A DNA stretch of 64,000 nt from assembly GCA_017618175.1 (NCBI GenBank), contig JAFZUT010000022.1:14723-78722 (forward strand), read 5' to 3'. Below, piece after piece: positions 8,809 through 17,336 of the stretch; the stretch's first letter is position 1, and the number at the start of each line of letters is the position of its first letter. The DNA comes from Alphaproteobacteria bacterium (GTDB taxonomy: Bacteria > Pseudomonadota > Alphaproteobacteria > Rs-D84). The position numbers and the translations under genes were made by a program. The notes below the pieces were generated by a model that worked only from the letters and a program-made list of their open reading frames with translations, made no database searches and was not told the DNA's origin.

Positions 8809-10614
8809 TTATGCTGAGTGTTCGGATAGTATACGCTGGACCTTGGATTTAGAAATACCGGTTTCATCGGCTATCTCGATAATGGTTTTACCAGAATTGC
8901 GAAGTTCTATAATGCGTTTATGGACGGATTCCGCGGGTGTGTCCTGCAATACCCATTTTAAACCGACAGTTTTTCCATATTCGTCTTTAACCGATACCAG
9001 TTTGGCGGCAAATGGCTTTACATCATCGCCACATATTCCCCTGGACTTATGATATTCAACCAATATGTCCGCGCCATCACTAGTTTTATGTGCTGGTGAA
9101 ACTTCCAAGGCGATAGAACTGTTTAAAATGGCTTCTATTGCAGACGAACCTCGCGGGCCACGATTTTTATCTTTTCCCGTGTGATGCAACCACAATATTG
9201 ATTTGCCCTTGCTGCGCATCTTACGCGACCAAGCATTATAACCCGTCCAACTGTCCGCATCATTTTCATGACCGGCGGTGTATAGAGAAAATATATTATC
9301 AATTATTATCAAACTAACGTCGTTCGTAAAAGCCTCTATATGTTTTTGTCCTTCTGTTTTTGCAATATCTGGCATAGTCGCATTATCCTGAAGCCCCGAC
9401 AAAAACAATCTTATGTTCTCACGAATTACGATTTTGCCTTCAGAAGCAAAGCCGTTTATCAATAAATTGAGGCGTGTTTGCATCTCGTTAGCATCCATTT
9501 CACCATCAATATATAATACTTTGCGTGGTTTGTTTGCTCGAAAGTTCAAAAATTCAAATCCGCCAGCAACTGCACAAGCAATAGCCAGTGCCATAAATGT
9601 TTTGCCGGCGCCCCTTTCGGCATATAGCAATGATAAACCGTTTTCCGGAATCATTGGATATAGGACATATTCTGTGGGCGGAAGCTCTTGTCGCAAAAAA
9701 TCAGCAGCATTTATAATCCGATAACCACCGGTTAATGGGCGCATAGTAAGCGCCAGCACAGCCACTATCTCGGATTTAACTTTATCTAGCCCCTGATATA
9801 CCGCAATATCATTAAAATCGGACATGCCATGCGTAGTTATATTCGGAATACATAATTGCGCATTTATGGAATTAGCGGCATTAGTTGCATAATCAACACC
9901 TGTATTTTTGTCCTTTTCCCAATCATTATCGGCAGCGATTACTATACGAGCATTCGGATATTTAGCACGTATGGATTGAGCAACCGGTTCTAAATTACCG
10001 GCATCCATAGCCGCAACTGTATATTCACCCACAGCGGCATAAATACTGGCGGCGGTAGCAAAACCTTCACATATAACAATTGTGTCGCCTGGGGTACCAA
10101 ACGGACAAAAACAACCCTTTTTACGGCCACCAGCCATAAATCTTTTATCGCCATTTGTCGAGATATATTGTAGCGACCACAATTTATCGTCTGTATCATA
10201 CAGTGGAACAACAAGCGAATCTGTTTTAGGATTGTATTTTGCGGGGCCGGCAGATACACATTTGCATTTTAAATATGGGTGTGCATCGGGTGCTGTGCCC
10301 ATCTTGTCGTATTCGCGTTGAGCAGTTTCGGCCACGGTTTGTTGTGCCTGTTGTTGTTCTTTGATAAATAATTCACGTTGTTTGGCGATTTTAATATTCA
10401 AATCGCGTTTTTCGTCCGGGCTTAATTCATATGTGGAATCTGGAAAAGCGTAGAATCTATCGCCTGACACCCAATCTCCAAATGCGTATCCATCTCCGCA
10501 TTGTATTAACCAATACTGATTGTGGTGGCCCCAGCGTGTGAACCCGTCAGGTATAATTTGTCTTGGTAATTCAATTTGGTGTGCGTTTAATGCGTTTATT
10601 AAAAACTGTTCCAT
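8809..10614 (-). CDS. Bifunctional primase-helicase: Toprim primase domain, RepA/AAA_25-like RecA-fold ATPase and C-terminal HTH
   Basis: Toprim motifs VICEGFATAAS and VIAADNDWEKD. Walker A YAERGAGKTF. Walker B-like LIIIDN. C-terminal IIELRNSGKTIIEIADETGISKSKVQRIL. Confidence 0.8.
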   Translation of the reverse strand: MEQFLINALNAHQIELPRQIIPDGFTRWGHHNQYWLIQCGDGYAFGDWVSGDRFYAFPDSTYELSPDEKRDLNIKIAKQRELFIKEQQQAQQTVAETAQREYDKMGTAPDAHPYLKCKCVSAGPAKYNPKTDSLVVPLYDTDDKLWSLQYISTNGDKRFMAGGRKKGCFCPFGTPGDTIVICEGFATAASIYAAVGEYTVAAMDAGNLEPVAQSIRAKYPNARIVIAADNDWEKDKNTGVDYATNAANSINAQLCIPNITTHGMSDFNDIAVYQGLDKVKSEIVAVLALTMRPLTGGYRIINAADFLRQELPPTEYVLYPMIPENGLSLLYAERGAGKTFMALAIACAVAGGFEFLNFRANKPRKVLYIDGEMDANEMQTRLNLLINGFASEGKIVIRENIRLFLSGLQDNATMPDIAKTEGQKHIEAFTNDVSLIIIDNIFSLYTAGHENDADSWTGYNAWSRKMRSKGKSILWLHHTGKDKNRGPRGSSAIEAILNSSIALEVSPAHKTSDGADILVEYHKSRGICGDDVKPFAAKLVSVKDEYGKTVGLKWVLQDTPAESVHKRIIELRNSGKTIIEIADETGISKSKVQRILSEHSA

Positions 10615-10826
10615 TATTGCCCCCTTTGGTCTGAATTAACTTGATTGCGTTTTTGTTGGTCCAAGTACGCCATAACTTCATCACAGTCGTATAAAACCCG
10701 CCCGCCAATTCGGGTCCATGGTATAGGGCAAATTTTACTGGTGCGCCACCGTTCAATGGTATTGCGTTTTATGTGTAACAAGTCGGCCAATTCGCCGGTT
10801 GTTAAATAACGATTTGCAAAAATCAT
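10614..10826 (-). CDS. AlpA/excisionase-family HTH protein (70 aa)
   Basis: LTTGELADLLHIKRNTIERWRTS...GGRVLYDCDEVMAYL matches the excisionase-type HTH pattern. It sits directly upstream of the primase gene. Confidence 0.7.
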   Translation of the reverse strand: MIFANRYLTTGELADLLHIKRNTIERWRTSKICPIPWTRIGGRVLYDCDEVMAYLDQQKRNQVNSDQRGQ

Positions 10827-10903
10827 GTATTCTCCTTTTGTGTTAATTTTACAATTTAACTGTGGCCACCGTTGACATTGTTAAAAGCAATGTAAATCGC
10901 TAT

Positions 10904-10937
10904 TAAAAAAATACGACCGCTAAGAATCGTATTTTTG
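10904..10937 (-). terminator. Terminator after the int-orf212 unit
   Basis: AATACGA/TCGTATT hairpin followed by a 7-T run on the minus strand. Confidence 0.55.
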
Positions 10938-10996
10938 TAACTTGTTATTTTTACTAGACAAATATAAAATTATATACGAATTGTATATGAACCAGA

Positions 10997-11635
10997 TTAG
11001 ATTCTACGATTCGCGTTGCGAAACTTTTCAAATATTTTTGGAAATCTCATGATTATTTGCTGTTTCGTGGCATTAGGTTGGTATGCGCCTTTGCGAAATC
11101 CAGTATACCAGGTCGTAACAGTATTAAATGTTGGAATCTGTATCTTAAATTCTGGCAATACGTCTTTAAGCAAATTATATAACGATTTGGCCGGTATATG
11201 GTTGTAGGTTTTATAGCAATAAAAAGCAATATCGTGTGCCGGGCTATCACGCCTGACAATAGAGTTTGATTCTTTTGGTAATGGTGGAAATGCTTCACGC
11301 AATTTATCGGCCAACAAACAAACGCCGTAATAATATTGACCGCACATAGCGATAACCATATCATCTGGTACGTGCATCTCCATGTCCGGGGCAAAACTCG
11401 TTATTTCCGCATCTTCTATTTTTCCGGTTTTATCATTTTCTACGCTAGCAACCGCTATAATTTCATTATTGTTTGGTAAAAACTCTTCAAAATCAGGTGT
11501 CAGATATCCGTACAACAACGTTTCGGATTTTGACAATAATTCATCGTTTTCTAGGATGAGTTGCTTGGACGGTTTTATATTCCTAAACGCTATCCAATAC
11601 AACGACTCTAACAGGTCGTAATATTCTTTTTTCAT
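10997..11635 (-). CDS. Island hypothetical protein (212 aa), coupled to the integrase gene
   Basis: 4-nt ATGA overlap with the integrase stop codon. No motif recognised. Confidence 0.6.
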   Translation of the reverse strand: MKKEYYDLLESLYWIAFRNIKPSKQLILENDELLSKSETLLYGYLTPDFEEFLPNNNEIIAVASVENDKTGKIEDAEITSFAPDMEMHVPDDMVIAMCGQYYYGVCLLADKLREAFPPLPKESNSIVRRDSPAHDIAFYCYKTYNHIPAKSLYNLLKDVLPEFKIQIPTFNTVTTWYTGFRKGAYQPNATKQQIIMRFPKIFEKFRNANRRI

Positions 11636-12840
11636 TGTGCTACTCCTGTGTTTGGTGGGGTTATTTTTGCGGCGGCAACCATCTGGTCTGCGGCCCGTTG
11701 AATACTTTGCCGCACCGGGTCTTCGGTAAGGCGTGCGTAAATTGGTATTACGGCCGGCGACTTATCGCCCAATGCTTTGCCGATAATCTCGTTTGAAGAG
11801 CCTGTGATTGCTTGATAACTGGCAAATGTGCGCCGCAAATCATGCAAGCGCAAATCGGTTAATCCGGCGCGTTCTTTCATTGTGCGCCACGCGACTTGCG
11901 GGTTTTCAAGATGCCCACTGCGTGATTGTTTGCTTGGGAATAACCAAGTGCTAGTTTTGAAAGTTTCCATTTCGTGTAATAAATCTATGGCCTGGGTGGA
12001 TAATGGTACGATTTGTGGTTCACCATTTTTTGTTGTTTTTATATATGCGACCCTGCGTTCAAAATTTATGTCCGACCATTGCAGAGCTTGGATATTGCGC
12101 CTGCGTTGGCCCATAAAAAGGCTTAATAGTATGAAATTACGCGATGCCGCATTTGGAATTTTTGCGACTTCTTGGAAAAACACGCTCAATTCGTCGGGTT
12201 GTAAAAATCTGTCGCGTTTATTTTCAGGAAACAGTTTTATTCGCGCGGCGGGATTTGTGCACGGGAATCCCCAATCTATGGCTTTGTTGAACATTTGTCG
12301 CATAAGTTTTAATCCGCGGTTAGCCGAATAAACGCTTTTTGTGCGTCGCCATATTTCGTTGTGCATGCGTTCCATGTCGGCACGTGTCAATGTCAACATT
12401 GTTGCCCTTTTTATAGTGTCCGGAACATAAAGACGCATAGATATTTTATCCATTTTCTGCGATTCCGCTTTTTTTCGCATGACAGAATAGTCAGGGAAAT
12501 AGTATTGGTCGAAAAATTCCTGCACGGTTATGGAATCACGAATCTTGCGTTTGGCATCGTTAGGATTTTCGCCACGGTTGGTTTGCTCTATTAGTTCGGC
12601 CATACGCTTCCGCGCGTTTTTTAATGACGTATTATTGGCGTCGCCGATTTTATGAAATATTGTGCGATTGCCAACCTTTTTGAGCAAATAATAAATCTTG
12701 TTGCTTGAACTGACACGCAACACAAGGTTTTTGATTGTCGTGTCGTAATATACCAACCGTTGTCCGGGTTGCGCATACGGTAATGATTCTACGGTGGCTT
12801 CGGTGAAATTAAATCTGCGTTCTTTTGTTGTTGTAGGCAT
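11632..12840 (-). CDS. int: Tyrosine recombinase / phage-type integrase with an N-terminal arm-binding domain
   Basis: R...HDLRRTFAS...IPIYARL catalytic pattern. Start chosen at MPTTTKERRF because it has an AAGGGGA Shine-Dalgarno. The longer ORF (to 12870) would overlap the GGCTAAC repeats. Confidence 0.85.
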   Translation of the reverse strand: MPTTTKERRFNFTEATVESLPYAQPGQRLVYYDTTIKNLVLRVSSSNKIYYLLKKVGNRTIFHKIGDANNTSLKNARKRMAELIEQTNRGENPNDAKRKIRDSITVQEFFDQYYFPDYSVMRKKAESQKMDKISMRLYVPDTIKRATMLTLTRADMERMHNEIWRRTKSVYSANRGLKLMRQMFNKAIDWGFPCTNPAARIKLFPENKRDRFLQPDELSVFFQEVAKIPNAASRNFILLSLFMGQRRRNIQALQWSDINFERRVAYIKTTKNGEPQIVPLSTQAIDLLHEMETFKTSTWLFPSKQSRSGHLENPQVAWRTMKERAGLTDLRLHDLRRTFASYQAITGSSNEIIGKALGDKSPAVIPIYARLTEDPVRQSIQRAADQMVAAAKITPPNTGVAQ

Positions 12841-12860
12841 CGTTTTTCCCCTTTGGGTCT

Positions 12861-12913
12861 GGCTAACCATTCTGGCTAACCGGACGCGTGGGTGGCTAAC
12901 CTATGGCTAACTT
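12861..12913. repeat. Right-arm cluster of four GGCTAAC units, including the 21-bp repeat copy at 12893-12913
   Basis: GGCTAAC at 12861, 12874, 12894 and 12905, directly upstream of int. Confidence 0.6.
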
Positions 12914-13033
12914 ATTTAATAAATTTCCCGCCTACCGCATAAAGCATTTTACAACGGTAAAGCCGTAAAGCTAGGGAAAAATATAAAGTTTTATAAATCC
13001 TACGAAAGCCGCAGAAAACAACGAGTTTTTAAA

Positions 13034-13072
13034 TTCGGAGGGCGATGCTCTATCCAGTTAAGCCACGGGTGC
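13034..13072 (-). pseudogene. 5' half of the split tRNA-Arg(CCG): acceptor 5' strand, D arm, 5' anticodon stem and anticodon loop. This is the other island junction.
   Basis: Minus strand reads GCACCCG TG GCTT AACTGGATA GAGC A TCGCC CTCCGAA, followed by non-tRNA sequence (TTTAAAAACTCG...). Confidence 0.85.
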
Positions 13073-13121
13073 GTACGCCACGGGGTATTATATTGTTTTT
13101 ATCGTGAAATGCAAGCCCTAA

Positions 13122-13829
13122 TCATCGTATCTTGCCGCGGGTTTGCGTTATCGTGCGAATATCGCAAATGCGTTTTTTATCCATTACTTGGCCACTAATT
13201 TTCGCCCAATGCTCAATCAATTCGGGAAAATCACCGGCCGGATATTTAATCCATGCCCGTGCCAAGAACATATTTGTCGTGGTCAATGTTATCGCACTTA
13301 TATCAATCAACCCGTCAAAACGCCAATCATTAGAAATTATGATGTTTCCCGCGTGCAAATCGTTATGATACAGTGCGACATTTGTTCCCAAAATCTTGTT
13401 AAACATAAAGTCTTGATTCGATGCGAACATTTCTCGTGTTTGTTTGCATGGCGGAACCGAGATTTGTGAAATTTTATATATCATATCAAATGCGTCATGG
13501 TAAATATTGTGAACCAGATCACGCGGAAAACCCAAATCTAACCATTCCGCCAAAGTCTTGTTTGGGTTGTATTCATATGTTGTAAAATAAACCCCATTAT
13601 GATTATTGATTTGCATTTTCGGCGTCCGGATTCCGGCACGGCGCATAGCGTTTGATACATATCGGTCGCGGTGGCACATCGTTTCATTGTCAAATTTACA
13701 TATGATTTTTTTGTTTGGTGTGTGTGCAATTAAAACGCGCGAATCCAAGCCCAAAACATCCGGTTCGGTTATATCGTGAACATTTTTAATGGTGTTTTCT
13801 ATTGCATGCACATATGTTGGATTTTTCAT
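13122..13829 (-). CDS. Phosphotransferase-family (APH/choline-kinase-like) small-molecule kinase
   Basis: HNDLHAGNII catalytic loop and a DGLIDIS motif. Start taken at MKNPTYV to avoid overlap with prfB. Confidence 0.65.
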   Translation of the reverse strand: MKNPTYVHAIENTIKNVHDITEPDVLGLDSRVLIAHTPNKKIICKFDNETMCHRDRYVSNAMRRAGIRTPKMQINNHNGVYFTTYEYNPNKTLAEWLDLGFPRDLVHNIYHDAFDMIYKISQISVPPCKQTREMFASNQDFMFNKILGTNVALYHNDLHAGNIIISNDWRFDGLIDISAITLTTTNMFLARAWIKYPAGDFPELIEHWAKISGQVMDKKRICDIRTITQTRGKIR

Positions 13830-13836
13830 CTTTTCA

Positions 13837-14908
13837 TTATCCCCGTTGCAATAAATCAATCATAAACCGGTCCAAATCGCCGTCCAATACTGCGCCGGAA
13901 TCCGCGGTTTCGGTTCCCGTACGAACGTCTTTGACCAATTGATAGGGGTACAGGACATAGTTTCGAATCTGGCTGCCCCATTCAATTTTCTTTTGGGCGG
14001 CCTTGGCGGCATCTTCGGCCGCGGCACGTTTTTGCATTTCCAATTCGTACAGGCGTGAACGCAGAATCTTCATCGCCATATCTTTATTTTGAAATTGGCT
14101 GCGTTCATTTTGGCACGTGACGACAATTCCGGTTGGAATATGGGTTATGCGCACGGCGCTGTCGGTTTTATTGACGTGTTGGCCGCCGGCACCAGACGAA
14201 CGATATGTGTCAATTCGCAAATCTTTTTCGTTTATTTCAATTTGTATAGAATCATCAACATCCGGCCACACATCCACAGACGCAAAACTGGTCTGGCGTT
14301 TGCCGTTCGCGTTAAAAGGCGAAATTCGCACCAAACGATGTACACCGATTTCATTGCGTAGCCATCCATACGCGCGTTCGCCAACAATACGCAGTGTCGC
14401 GCTTTTAATTCCGGCCGTGTCACCTTCGTGTTCTTCAACAACTTCGACCGAAAATTCGTGACGTTCGGCCCATCGCGTGTACATACGCATCAACATTTGC
14501 GCCCAATCTTGGGCCTCGGTCCCACCGGCACCCGCCTGGATAAACAAGAACGCATTGTTCCCGTCCGCCGGGTTGTTGAACAGAGTGATATATTTTGCCT
14601 GTTTTACGCGATCCGCCAATTTTTCGATTCCACCTATAACATCCGCATCGTCGGGCGCAATCGCATACAGTTCTTTCAGGTTTTTATATTCTTCATCCAT
14701 CGCGGAAAATTCGTTCAATTCGCGTTCCAACGCCGATTTTTTTTGTAACAACGCGCGCGCCGCATCCGGATTATTCCATAAATCAGGCGCCAAAGATTTC
14801 TGTGTTAATTCGGCAATTTGTTCCCGTAATTTGTCGGGGTCAAAGAAACCCCCTAAGTGTTTTAAGGTTTTCTTGAATATCGTTCAAAACTTCATTTGCC
14901 AAAATCAT
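13837..14908 (-). CDS. prfB: Peptide chain release factor 2, expressed through a programmed +1 frameshift
   Basis: ORF0 runs from the ATG at 14908 to CTT TGA at 14845-14840. The +1 frame continues DPDKLREQIAELTQKSLAPDLW.... SPF and GGQ motifs are present. Confidence 0.9.
14840..14854 (-). promoter_or_regulatory. RF2 autoregulatory +1 frameshift site
   Basis: Minus strand reads AGGGGG TTT CTT TGA C, the canonical Shine-Dalgarno-like element followed by CTT-TGA-C. Confidence 0.9.
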
Positions 14909-15007
14909 ACTTTGATATTACCAATAAAAATTCTAAAATCAACCGTAAATCAAGTGTTGCGTTTTTTATTCATATATGATAGAATTTGACACAAGAGAGA
15001 GGTTTCA

Positions 15008-16246
15008 ATGAAACATTTATTCAAAATATGTGGTTCAATTTGTGCGTGCCTGGTGGCGGTATCGGCATATGGCGTGTCGGCGGGAACGGTTGCGAATAAC
15101 GCGGCGCGTGGCGTTGTCACCAATGTGACCAGTACTTCGAATAACATCCGTGGAAATCAAGGCTTGGCAAACGCATATAAACAGAATATGCGCAACACAT
15201 ACTATATGGTAAATGTCCCCGATGTGGACAGTGCGTGCCGCACCAAAATTGATAAATGTTTAACCGATTATTGTGGCGATATAACCGTTGTCCCAGGCCA
15301 GGTTTCCGGTCGTTGCGCATACGCCACGGAAAGTGAATTGTACAATTATGTTTTGTTATGCCTGCGTAATGATACTTCGTTATTGTTACCGAATTATGCG
15401 GCCAACACCAAGATGGGAATCGGTGGTTTGAACACCGCGGCGCATCTTTGTCCATCGTATGTTCAACAAGAATTGATGGCGTGGTTGTCTATGTCAAATA
15501 TGGCAAACGAATTGACCAAGGCGCATTCGCCGCAATGTCTTGAACGGCGCCAAGAATTAGAGGCCGCAATGACGTGCCATTCGGTGGCATTGGCGTATGG
15601 CAACGAAACATCCAGTATGTTAATGTCACAATTGACCGATTTTTGTGGTGCGGGCGTGCCGGGCGGTTCTGCGGAAATGGTGTCACGTTTTGCGAACGCC
15701 GGTAATGTCGGCGCAAATATTTGGGGTTGGGCGGAAAAAATTGTAAGTTTGGATTTGAACAAAAAGGCATCCGATTGGGAAACGGCGGTTGATGCAGTTT
15801 TGGCATCATACACGAATCGGATGAATTTGGCGTGTGGCGAAGATATGCAATTAAATTTGCCGGTGCGCGATAATTCGAATAATACTTCGGCATTGCAAAC
15901 GGCCGCGGCGGTCGCGGTTGGTGTCGCATTCCCAGACGCGCAAAAAAAAACTGATGCCGGCGCCGGAAATGTAAAACTTTATATGGAAATAAAATCCCGT
16001 ACAGATATATATGATTATAAAACTGCGAACACCGTGGTCCAGGCGGGGCTGACCAATTCGGTTTTGACCCAGAACGCATTTTTTACATCGTCACAAATGG
16101 ACGATATGCAAACCGCGTATAAAAATGGTACCAATGTGTTCATCTTGCGCGACAGCACGCGTTGCTTTATTGTGCCTGTGGCCGAAATGACATCTGCAGA
16201 AAAGTCTATGGTGGCACAACAATTTAATACATGTATCTATAAATAA
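15008..16246 (+). CDS. Secreted Cys-rich protein (412 aa), paralog family with the 48985-51369 protein
   Basis: Signal peptide. CRTKIDKCLTDYC shows the same C-R-x5-C-x4-C spacing as CRESYATCMDQMC in the 794-aa protein. Confidence 0.7.
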   Translation: MKHLFKICGSICACLVAVSAYGVSAGTVANNAARGVVTNVTSTSNNIRGNQGLANAYKQNMRNTYYMVNVPDVDSACRTKIDKCLTDYCGDITVVPGQVSGRCAYATESELYNYVLLCLRNDTSLLLPNYAANTKMGIGGLNTAAHLCPSYVQQELMAWLSMSNMANELTKAHSPQCLERRQELEAAMTCHSVALAYGNETSSMLMSQLTDFCGAGVPGGSAEMVSRFANAGNVGANIWGWAEKIVSLDLNKKASDWETAVDAVLASYTNRMNLACGEDMQLNLPVRDNSNNTSALQTAAAVAVGVAFPDAQKKTDAGAGNVKLYMEIKSRTDIYDYKTANTVVQAGLTNSVLTQNAFFTSSQMDDMQTAYKNGTNVFILRDSTRCFIVPVAEMTSAEKSMVAQQFNTCIYK

Positions 16247-16269
16247 TTTTGTTTTTGGTTTAATATAAT

Positions 16270-16300
16270 AACGGTTGTCACGGCAACCGTTTATTTTTTA
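16270..16300 (+). terminator. Intrinsic terminator
   Basis: ACGGTTG...CAACCGT hairpin followed by a T-run. Confidence 0.65.
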
Positions 16301-16387
16301 TTTGGAATAAAAACCGATTCGTGGTATAATGCAATGAACCAATTTGAGGATTTGGCTCACAGCAACAAATGTAAATGGAGAATTGCT

Positions 16388-17266
16388 ATGAGAATCAGGT
16401 CCTCGATAATGTTGGGCATATTATTATCTTTTATGGTTCTGTGCGCGGTTCGCGCGGATTCCACGGTCACATCCAAATCGTATGTAGATTCACGTGATGC
16501 GTTAAAGCAGGACAAAATCTCGGCTGCCGGTGACTTTTATAACCCCCAAGGCGGCTCATCAATTGTTACGCGCACCGAGACTCCGGGTGCACTTGCCGAA
16601 TTATGGATTGCGTATACAAACGAAGATATGTTTGGGACGATATATGGCACGGCTACACATTCTGATAGTGTGCCGACCTCATTTGTTGTTGCCGAAAATT
16701 TTGCCAATTTGTTTCAAAGAGTTGAAAATGTTGAAAACACTATACCCTACGTTGATAATTTTCAAACAAGAATCCCGGCAAGGGAAACCGGCGCGGTTGT
16801 CGTATATAATGGTGTCGATGGAAACGGTCAAACACAATTTGGTGAATTGGCGGTCTTTCCGGCGGACGACACATACAACGCGGGAACCGATGCCGACAAA
16901 TTGGCAACCATGGGTGCCGTTATGGCCAGTATGGCAGCGTCCGGATCCCAACCGGCGTTGTCCGGAACCGGTGGCGCAATCGTTACGTATGGTGCAAGCG
17001 TGGGCGAAACGGATGAAAGGGCGATTTTGAATGGGCAATATGAAGCGAGTAAAAGCGCTCATATCCCGACCGCGGGCGCGGTGGCGGCGGCCGTTCAAAC
17101 GATTGGCAATCAACCAATCAGTGTTATGGAATGTGCCAACCCAGAGTGTACATTGTGGAATATATCGCAACGCACGGTATTGTCGCCGAATAACAATGCG
17201 CCTTATTCCGGCAGTGCCTTCGTTAATCCAAATGATTACACCGGATACACACCGTATAATCCATAA
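16388..17266 (+). CDS. Secreted hypothetical protein (292 aa)
   Basis: GGAG Shine-Dalgarno. Signal peptide MRIRSSIMLGILLSFMVLCAVRA. Thr/Gly/Ala-rich. Confidence 0.65.
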   Translation: MRIRSSIMLGILLSFMVLCAVRADSTVTSKSYVDSRDALKQDKISAAGDFYNPQGGSSIVTRTETPGALAELWIAYTNEDMFGTIYGTATHSDSVPTSFVVAENFANLFQRVENVENTIPYVDNFQTRIPARETGAVVVYNGVDGNGQTQFGELAVFPADDTYNAGTDADKLATMGAVMASMAASGSQPALSGTGGAIVTYGASVGETDERAILNGQYEASKSAHIPTAGAVAAAVQTIGNQPISVMECANPECTLWNISQRTVLSPNNNAPYSGSAFVNPNDYTGYTPYNP

Positions 17267-17336
17267 TAAAAATAATTATGACACACGTCCGTTTTCTTTT
17301 GAAAATGGACATATTTTTTGATATAATATATCTGCT

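Larger units (their letters stand above)
6580..13040. mobile_element. Integrative island of about 6.45 kb inserted in the anticodon loop of tRNA-Arg(CCG). Contents: own tRNA-Arg, structured RNA, two membrane proteins, primase-helicase, AlpA/Xis, a 212-aa ORF and a tyrosine integrase.
   Basis: 7-bp direct repeat TTCGGAG at 6580-6586 and 13034-13040 (the anticodon loop). The tRNA halves lie outside the repeats and the integrase lies just inside the right end. GGCTAAC arm-type repeats sit inside both ends. The cargo is visibly more AT-rich than the flanking sequence. Confidence 0.85.

Noticed and set aside
12841-12870. Ten-codon N-terminal extension of the integrase (MVSQTQRGKT).
   Set aside because: It overlaps a GGCTAAC repeat unit (12861-12867) and lacks a Shine-Dalgarno. 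The ATG at 12840 has AAGGGGA upstream.
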